Below are positions 58,394 through 64,000 of a DNA stretch of 64,000 nucleotides, piece by piece (the first letter of the stretch is position 1; the number at the start of each line of letters is the position of its first letter). The DNA comes from Candidatus Bathyarchaeia archaeon. GTDB taxonomy: Archaea > Thermoproteota > Bathyarchaeia > Bathyarchaeales > Bathycorpusculaceae. The stretch covers positions 5,844 to 69,843 of the forward strand of contig JAWCNE010000001.1 in the NCBI GenBank assembly GCA_038849025.1, read 5' to 3'. The position numbers were made by a program, and so were the translations under genes. The notes beneath the pieces are model-generated. The model had not been told where the DNA came from. It did not search any database and saw only the letters and a list, made by a program, of their open reading frames with translations.

Positions 58394-59290
58394 GTGTCGC
58401 TTTCCTTGGTTGAACATCGCCACAAACCTGACAGCAAGCGATACTTGGGAATAGCTTTAGGCATTACTGCATCTTTCTTTGTCATAGAATTGGTTGGAGG
58501 AATTGTAACCAATAGCCTTGCCCTTTTAGCAGACGCTTGGCACATGCTCAATGACGCATCAGCATTGATATTTGCAATTGCGGCTGCTTGGATCGCCGGA
58601 AAACCTGCCGACGCCAAGAAAACCTTTGGTTATTACAGAACAGAGATTCTTGCAGCTTTTTTAAACGGTATTTTTCTATGGGCCGTTGTCCTATTCATTT
58701 TTTATGAGGCAATTCAACGTTTTCAAAATCCCGCCGCTGTGGAAACTTTTGAAATGTTTATCATAGCCTTTTTTGGTTTATTAGCTAATGGATCGTCAGC
58801 GTTTATCCTCTCAAAATCTGAGAGGGAAAGCCTTAATGTTAAGGGCGCTTTCCTCCATGTTTTAGCTGATGCTGCCGGTTCCATGGGAGTAATTTCTGCT
58901 GGGTTAATAATGTATTTCACGGGATGGTACCAAGTGGATCCCATAATCAGTATGCTGATAGGCTTATTGATTTTTTACAGCTCAGCTAAACTTCTACGGG
59001 ATTCGGTGAACGTCCTTCTTGAGGGGGTTCCTCCCGGAATAGATGTAAAAGCGGTGGAGCGAAGAATTCTGGAACAAGAAGGTGTAAAGGGGGTTCACGA
59101 TCTCCACGTATGGTGTATCACTCCAACTAAGATTTGTGCCTTAAGCTGCCACATTGTGGTCAAAAAGGGAACTAATAGAAAAAAGCTCACCACCAATTTG
59201 ATTGGGATGCTTAGACAAGAGTTCGGTATAGATCATACAACTATTCAGTTAGAAGATGAGGGATACCCAAAGGCTATAAGCGAACACTAA
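58394..59290 (+). CDS. cation diffusion facilitator transporter (CzcD/ZitB-like, single C-terminal domain)
   Basis: 298 aa with GTG start and six TM helices. HxxxD motifs are in TM2 (HMLNDASA) and TM5 (HVLADAAG). One C-terminal domain ends in HTTIQLE. Confidence 0.85.
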   Translation: MSLSLVEHRHKPDSKRYLGIALGITASFFVIELVGGIVTNSLALLADAWHMLNDASALIFAIAAAWIAGKPADAKKTFGYYRTEILAAFLNGIFLWAVVLFIFYEAIQRFQNPAAVETFEMFIIAFFGLLANGSSAFILSKSERESLNVKGAFLHVLADAAGSMGVISAGLIMYFTGWYQVDPIISMLIGLLIFYSSAKLLRDSVNVLLEGVPPGIDVKAVERRILEQEGVKGVHDLHVWCITPTKICALSCHIVVKKGTNRKKLTTNLIGMLRQEFGIDHTTIQLEDEGYPKAISEH

Positions 59291-59302
59291 ACATGTACTT
59301 TG

Positions 59303-59965
59303 TTAATCAAAAGTGAATGCTGAAGGGCAAATCTTGTTAAGTACACATACTCCGCAGGCTGGATGCTTTGCTTTGCACACTCTTCTGCCGTGGAATATCA
59401 GCAAATCTGTAATTCTCATCCAATAAATTTTTGGAACAATCTTCATTAAATCAGCCTCTATTTTATTTGGATCTTCATTTGCTGTCAACCCAAGCCTTTT
59501 AGCAACCCTTCGAACATGAGTGTCCACGGCTATCCCTTCTATAACCCCATAGGCATTTGATAACACTATGTTTGCAGTTTTTCTGGCAACACCAGGTAAC
59601 TCCAGCATTTCTGCCATAGTTTTTGGAACTTGAGAATTGAATTTTTCAACCAAAATTTGGCAGCATCTCTTAATGTTTTTGGCTTTATTCCTATAAAATC
59701 CCGTGGACCTTATTTCTTTTTCAAGCTCTTTCAAATCAGCTTCGGCGTAATCTTCAGCAGTCTTATATTTTTTAAATAAATTCTTTGTAACCTCGTTAAC
59801 TCGTTCATCAGTACACTGGGCAGATAGAATTGTTGCCACAAGAAGCTCTAAAGGATTTTTGTAATGCAAAGCTATTTTCGCATCTGGATGCGCCTTTTCA
59901 AGAAGCTCAATTATAGTTAACACCTTAGTATTAACATCAAGGCTTGAAGAGTTCTCTTCCAACAA
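59303..59965 (-). CDS. nth: endonuclease III (DNA glycosylase/AP lyase)
   Basis: 220 aa with HhH-GPD (LPGVARKTANIVL), the catalytic VDTHV region and the [4Fe-4S] loop CKAKHPACGVCVLNKIC. Confidence 0.9.
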   Translation of the reverse strand: MLEENSSSLDVNTKVLTIIELLEKAHPDAKIALHYKNPLELLVATILSAQCTDERVNEVTKNLFKKYKTAEDYAEADLKELEKEIRSTGFYRNKAKNIKRCCQILVEKFNSQVPKTMAEMLELPGVARKTANIVLSNAYGVIEGIAVDTHVRRVAKRLGLTANEDPNKIEADLMKIVPKIYWMRITDLLIFHGRRVCKAKHPACGVCVLNKICPSAFTFD

Positions 59966-60018
59966 ACTCCCTCAATAAATTATTGCACACACCGAAACAG
60001 CTTACCCATTATACTGTG

Positions 60019-60561
60019 CTACCCAACCATATCTAAGCGGACTTTGATCTCTGCAAACAACTCTCTTTTCGCCTTACAGATTGGACAAACATAGGGAGGG
60101 TCTTCCCGGAACACCACATAGCCACATTGCTTGCAGTACCAAAGCTTCTTTCTTATTTCAGAGGACTCAGCTGTTTTTTCACTGGCAATTGCCACATTGG
60201 CTTCAGTTTTTTGCTCTATAGGTGTCGTCGTACCCACATATGCTCTTATCTGCTTCTCCAAAGGTCTACGTTCTGGAACAGGCTGAACGGAAGCTTTCCC
60301 TTCAAAAACATCCTTTCGAACGTAAAGACCGCAGTAACAAGCCCCAAACTCTGATACATCTGGATCCCTATAGTCGCATGGGCATATTATGTCCCGGTCA
60401 AGCTCCAAATTTCCAGATGCAAGGCGGCATGGGCATGAAGGATATCCGTAACGTTCCTCGTTTTTCTTTAATCCTTCGAGAAGACTTTGTAAAAATTCGG
60501 GATCGGGGTTTAAGTAATACCCATATGTTCTAGCGTCTGCCTCTGCCCTCTTGCGCACCAT
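60019..60561 (-). CDS. ferredoxin:thioredoxin reductase catalytic subunit fused to a C-terminal rubredoxin-like domain
   Basis: 180 aa. The FTR-B Cys pattern is CPC-x15-CPC-x12-CYC. After a linker comes WYCKQCGYVVF...YVCPICKA, which provides two CxxC pairs. Confidence 0.8.
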   Translation of the reverse strand: MVRKRAEADARTYGYYLNPDPEFLQSLLEGLKKNEERYGYPSCPCRLASGNLELDRDIICPCDYRDPDVSEFGACYCGLYVRKDVFEGKASVQPVPERRPLEKQIRAYVGTTTPIEQKTEANVAIASEKTAESSEIRKKLWYCKQCGYVVFREDPPYVCPICKAKRELFAEIKVRLDMVG

Positions 60562-60572
60562 TTCAAGGGTTA

Positions 60573-60857
60573 TCAGATTTCCAAGGCCTCCTTAAGTTTA
60601 TCCTTACGAAAACCCGTGATCAAAATTTTTTCATCAATGATTATTATAGGATAACTTAAGCTTCCGCCTCTGCTTAAAATCTCTTTCTTAATCTTTTCTT
60701 TATCTTCGGCACTGCATAAGTCGACATCAACATATTCGTATTCCACCTTGTTTTCATTCAAAAACTGTTTTGCAAGCCTGCACCATGCACAAGTGCTTAA
60801 AGCATACATAACGACTTTGTGTTTGTTATTTTCGCCCGGAACTTTAACAACGTCCAT
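60573..60857 (-). CDS. glutaredoxin-like small thioredoxin-fold protein
   Basis: 94 aa with the active site STCAWC and a Grx/NrdH-like topology (VVMYAL..C..C...K..L......Y.YVDVD). Confidence 0.8.
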   Translation of the reverse strand: MDVVKVPGENNKHKVVMYALSTCAWCRLAKQFLNENKVEYEYVDVDLCSAEDKEKIKKEILSRGGSLSYPIIIIDEKILITGFRKDKLKEALEI

Positions 60858-60982
60858 CTTTCTTCACTTCACTTACCCTTCTTTCACTCCTTGTTTAATT
60901 TAACTGTTTAGCCATAAATCTTCAATAAAACAACATTAAATAGCAAAGGCTAATTATAAATACAGCGAGATTAAAATTTCAA

Positions 60983-61495
60983 GTGTTGAATGCAATGGAA
61001 AGGGTAAAACCTAAACTGGAACTTCAAGAGGTTGTTCCTTATCTAAACTTACCCTCGAATAATGGCATAAACGTAAATCTTTGGGATTTCAAACAGAGAA
61101 AAAATCTTGTACTTGTCTTTCACCATGGAAGGGCCTGCAATTATTGCAGGAACAAGCTTAAACAGTTGGCTAAAGCGTATAAGGAAATTCAATTTCTTGA
61201 AGCTGAAGTTTTAGCTATTTCTTTTGACAATATAGAAGATTTGAAAGACCAAGGAAGAGAAGATGCGTTACCCTTTCCTCTGCTCTCTGATCAAAGTGGA
61301 ACAACATCTGAAATGTTCACCTTCATTGATAATTCCAGAAATACTCCTTTTCCATCAGTTTTTATAACTGATAGATTTGGTGCTTTGCGCTATCAAAAAA
61401 TAGCAGAAGAAGCCACAGATCTTCCCAGCGCTTCAGAAATCTTAAGCGTACTCGGCCTTATCCAAATTGAGTGCCCAGAATGCTCCCATTTGTAA
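60983..61495 (+). CDS. AhpC/TSA-redoxin-family thiol peroxidase/reductase-like protein
   Basis: 170 aa with a thioredoxin fold. CNYC sits at the peroxidatic-Cys position (VLVFHHGRACNYC), and an additional C-terminal CPEC is present. Confidence 0.65.
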   Translation: MLNAMERVKPKLELQEVVPYLNLPSNNGINVNLWDFKQRKNLVLVFHHGRACNYCRNKLKQLAKAYKEIQFLEAEVLAISFDNIEDLKDQGREDALPFPLLSDQSGTTSEMFTFIDNSRNTPFPSVFITDRFGALRYQKIAEEATDLPSASEILSVLGLIQIECPECSHL

Positions 61496-61578
61496 TATTC
61501 CGCCTATTCTTCCTTTGAGATTCTCCATCATCAAATCTTTAACCTAACCTAGTAGCAGTAATTAAATCTAGTGTGTAG

Positions 61579-62355
61579 CTAAAAGCTGGTTTGTTTCAGA
61601 AAAATTGGGATACATCTATAGTCATCAACTGGGTTGAAGCTTTCAATTTCGCTTCTTTCCAATGGGAGTACTATTCTTGATACAAGCCCGTTTAGACTGT
61701 AAGGAAGTCGTATTAAGCGCATTTCGCCCGCAGTTACCCACTCATCTATAAGAAAACCTTTTTCCTTTACATCTTTTGCGATGCTTTTGCGCTTCTCAAC
61801 TTCTATAGTATAGGTTTCTTTGTCAAAAACATGAATGTGAAAACCCCTACCAGAATAAACTATTTTTAAGCGGGAAAACTGTTCCGCTAGATATTCGTAA
61901 AGTCTGAGTGTTTCATCTTTCACCATTTGAAATTCCAGTTCGCAGAAACTTAGCCCCTGATTTCTACGCATTTTATCATCTAGACTTCCATGTATGGGGC
62001 ATGTAATGTTCTCTGGGTCGAGATCAAAAGCCAGTTCCTGCCCAATTATATTTCCCTTTTCATCGTAAACATTTCTATCGTAGTATACAGCTTCTGGCAT
62101 AAATTCAATTATCTGACCCTTCACATCTTCCATGTTGCTGTACTCGTCTATGATTATGGTTGTAGAAGCATCTTCCGCGTATTCTTTTGGATATATCCTT
62201 GAATGTCTACCTATAATCACCGCAAAACGCACTTTGTCTATTCTTTCCCTAAGCCACTCCTCAACCTTCTCAATGGCAAATTCTTCTCGGTAAAATCGTA
62301 ATCTTTCCTCAAGTGTGGAAAGGCGCATTCCCTTAGGAAAATAGTATTCAACCAT
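61579..62355 (-). CDS. priS: archaeo-eukaryotic primase (AEP) small-subunit-like protein, compact form
   Basis: 258 aa. The N-terminus ERLRFYREEF...RFAVIIG...PEAVYYDRNVY is PriS-like, followed by motif I ELAFDLD, motif II YSGRGFHIHV and motif III DEWVT..EMRLIRLPYSLNG. Confidence 0.55.
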   Translation of the reverse strand: MVEYYFPKGMRLSTLEERLRFYREEFAIEKVEEWLRERIDKVRFAVIIGRHSRIYPKEYAEDASTTIIIDEYSNMEDVKGQIIEFMPEAVYYDRNVYDEKGNIIGQELAFDLDPENITCPIHGSLDDKMRRNQGLSFCELEFQMVKDETLRLYEYLAEQFSRLKIVYSGRGFHIHVFDKETYTIEVEKRKSIAKDVKEKGFLIDEWVTAGEMRLIRLPYSLNGLVSRIVLPLERSEIESFNPVDDYRCIPIFLKQTSF

Positions 62356-62381
62356 CCAAACCTTATAACTATAGGTTTAAT

Positions 62382-62404
62382 TGTAACAAAAACTTTTTGT
62401 TACA
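62382..62404. promoter_or_regulatory. perfect 11-bp-arm palindrome TGTAACAAAAA-C-TTTTTGTTACA in a divergent intergenic region (candidate operator)
   Basis: Read directly. It lies between the PriS-like start (62355, minus strand) and the ferredoxin start (62474, plus strand). A second imperfect inverted repeat, AAACCTTATA-AC-TATAGGTTT, is at 62358-62378. Confidence 0.4.
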
Positions 62405-62470
62405 TACTTCGGGTAGGGGTAAATGAAATAAATTGGAAAGACTAATATTTTGTAATGTATAATTTTGTAA

Positions 62471-62797
<327 letters not shown>

Positions 62798-62881
62798 ATC
62801 GTTGTCCATCCCTTTATCCATATTATTTACGCAATTTTTATAAATATGTATGAAGTTATTTTCATATGATGTGATATTCAC

Positions 62882-63256
62882 ATGAAAAAGTCAGTAAGCG
62901 AAGTTTGCTATCAATTTTTCTCCGCATTAGCTAATCCTACACGTTTAGAGATTCTTGAACTTTTACGGGAAGGACCAAAGAACGTTACCGAAATTGCAGA
63001 ATCTTTAAAAAAAGAGCAGAGCATGATATCCCACAACCTTAAACCCTTATTAAGATGCAGGTTTGTCTTTTCAGAAAGAAGAAAAAGAGAACGCTTCTAT
63101 TACCTTAATAAAGAAACCATGGAAAAGCTTTTTAAGATATTCTCCTATCACGCTGAGAAATATTGCCCAACAAATGGGAGATGTTTAACAGAAATCGGGC
63201 TTAAACAGCAGAAGAAGAAAGAGGCTTCGGGTTCACTTTATTTAACTCGTTATTAA
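62882..63256 (+). CDS. ArsR/SmtB-family metalloregulator
   Basis: 124 aa with FSALANPTRLEILELL...VTEIAE...SMISHNLKPL, the ArsR wHTH. A C-terminal CPTNGRC may be a sensing site. Confidence 0.85.
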   Translation: MKKSVSEVCYQFFSALANPTRLEILELLREGPKNVTEIAESLKKEQSMISHNLKPLLRCRFVFSERRKRERFYYLNKETMEKLFKIFSYHAEKYCPTNGRCLTEIGLKQQKKKEASGSLYLTRY

Positions 63257-63280
63257 AGGTGAAACATTGTAGGTGAGTGA

Positions 63281-63448
63281 ATGGAATTAGCAGATGAGAG
63301 TTATGTAAAACATTGCAACTTTTGCGGTAAAAAGATTAAAACCACCATCTTATACAAGGGATACGTATTTTGCTCAGAGAAATGCAGAGATTCTTTTATC
63401 TCCGATAGAGAAAAATCTAAAGCTAGACAACACAGCAAACTCGACTAA
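63281..63448 (+). CDS. TRASH-domain micro-protein (putative metal-binding)
   Basis: A hand-translated 55-aa ORF: MELADESYVKHCNFCGKKIKTTILYKGYVFCSEKCRDSFISDREKSKARQHSKLD. The CxxC...FCSxxC..F pattern is TRASH-like. It lies 24 nt downstream of the ArsR gene. Confidence 0.6.
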   Translation: MELADESYVKHCNFCGKKIKTTILYKGYVFCSEKCRDSFISDREKSKARQHSKLD

Positions 63449-63512
63449 GTTCTAATTTAGCAAGGTTATCTACATATGAAAACAGAAAATACATAGTCTA
63501 AGGATGTAATCC

Positions 63513-63739
63513 ATGATAAAAATTAAAAGAGTTTACGATAAGCCTTCAGAAGACGATGGTTACAGAATTCTCGTGAAGAATTGAAAAACAAAAAGGAATT
63601 GCTTCATAAAATAATACAAATTGAAAGGGAGAGGAGAACTATCACACTTTTATATGCCGCAAAGGATAAGGAGCAAAATAATGCAGCCGTTCTAATGGAT
63701 ATTTTAAAGACACTTAAGGGCTTGCTAAATCATAACTAG
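63513..63739 (+). pseudogene. DUF488 (YeaO-like) gene remnant with internal deletion and frameshift
   Basis: The ORF begins MIKIKRVYDKPSEDDGYRILV and then hits TGA at 63582. The family's C-terminal half (EELKNKKELL...ITLLYAAKDKEQNNAAVL) continues in the +2 frame to TAG at 63737-63739. The central approximately 40 codons appear to be missing. Confidence 0.6.
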
Positions 63740-63750
63740 AGCCAATGAAA

Positions 63751-64000
63751 CTATTCTAAAAAAACTTTGCCTTTGCCATAGGGAACAAATTCCCTAATCT
63801 TCTCCACCGAAGCCCCAAGCACTTTTTCCCGCTGATTTTTAGGCATTTTCTCTGCGAGCTTTTTCAAGATGTTTTTTAATAGCTCTTTCCCGCTTATGTC
63901 TCCGGGCACTAGAATGACGTAAACCTTTGTTTTCTTTTTAACAGCGTCAACGGCTCCGCCTACAAATGTTATTTCGCCGTTTTTCCCTTCAAATATGGCG
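63751..64000 (-). CDS. hypothetical protein, C-terminal fragment (5' end outside window)
   Basis: Open frame from the window edge to TAG (63751-63753): ...AIFEGKNGEITFVGGAVDAVKKKTKVYVILVPGDISGKELLKNILKKLAEKMPKNQREKVLGASVEKIREFVPYGKGKVFLE. No family is recognised. Confidence 0.4.
   Translation of the reverse strand, partial: AIFEGKNGEITFVGGAVDAVKKKTKVYVILVPGDISGKELLKNILKKLAEKMPKNQREKVLGASVEKIREFVPYGKGKVFLE

Overview
The window is a compact, AT-rich archaeal chromosome segment with about 82 genes and no rRNA, tRNA, CRISPR array or mobile element that I could find. All calls rest on motif recognition from the translations; no database search was possible. Marker genes point to a TACK/Thermoproteota-type, probably thermophilic archaeon. 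These are a zinc-type 7Fe ferredoxin, a two-subunit 2-oxoacid:ferredoxin oxidoreductase, a DPS-like ferritin, ribosomal protein LX, branched-polyamine synthase BpsA and DGGGP synthase. I cannot place it more precisely.

Positions 1-37 kb are mostly core genes:
- Transport and metabolism: an H+-PPase fragment, a P-type ATPase, an MFS permease with acyl-CoA synthetase, inositol-1-phosphate synthase and PGI/PMI.
- Translation and RNA processing: AsnRS, GlyRS, tRNA-splicing endonuclease, and the conserved secE-spt5-L11-L1-P0-P1 operon.
- A polyamine block: a carbamoyltransferase, speH, bpsA and a GNAT.
- The Rpp21-YhbY-S19e-PDCD5-L39e-L31e-aIF6-LX-PfdA-FtsY cluster.

Positions 37-63 kb form a long redox, metal and Fe-S homeostasis region:
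- A TusA-DsrE-cysteine desulfurase-IscU-TRASH operon.
- A GDH-family dehydrogenase divergent from a Cys-rich micro-ORF plus the oxidoreductase.
- Thioredoxin, a flavodiiron protein, ferritin-like proteins, a Rieske protein, a ZIP transporter, a DPS-like protein and Fur/PerR.
- Hsp20, SDRs, a flavoprotein disulfide reductase, PfpI, pirin and a USP.
- An orphan AmmeMemoRadiSam enzyme, a second CDF and endonuclease III.
- A ferredoxin:thioredoxin reductase-rubredoxin fusion with Grx-like and Prx-like partners, a compact PriS-like primase, and an ArsR-TRASH pair.

No defence system or mobile element is evident. The most novel-looking items are:
- an unannotatable 287-aa protein translationally coupled to a B12-radical SAM enzyme;
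- a CDF transporter with three tandem cytoplasmic domains;
- a carbamoyltransferase whose ornithine-binding motifs are replaced, next to polyamine genes;
- a sulfur-relay extension of a minimal NifS/IscU operon ending in a TRASH micro-protein;
- a 45-aa, 9-Cys micro-protein coupled to the 2-oxoacid oxidoreductase;
- a ribosomal stalk protein P0 with no C-terminal factor-recruiting tail and no canonical start codon.

Five real genes below the 60-aa ORF-track cutoff were recovered by hand: SecE, L39e, two TRASH peptides and the Cys-rich peptide.
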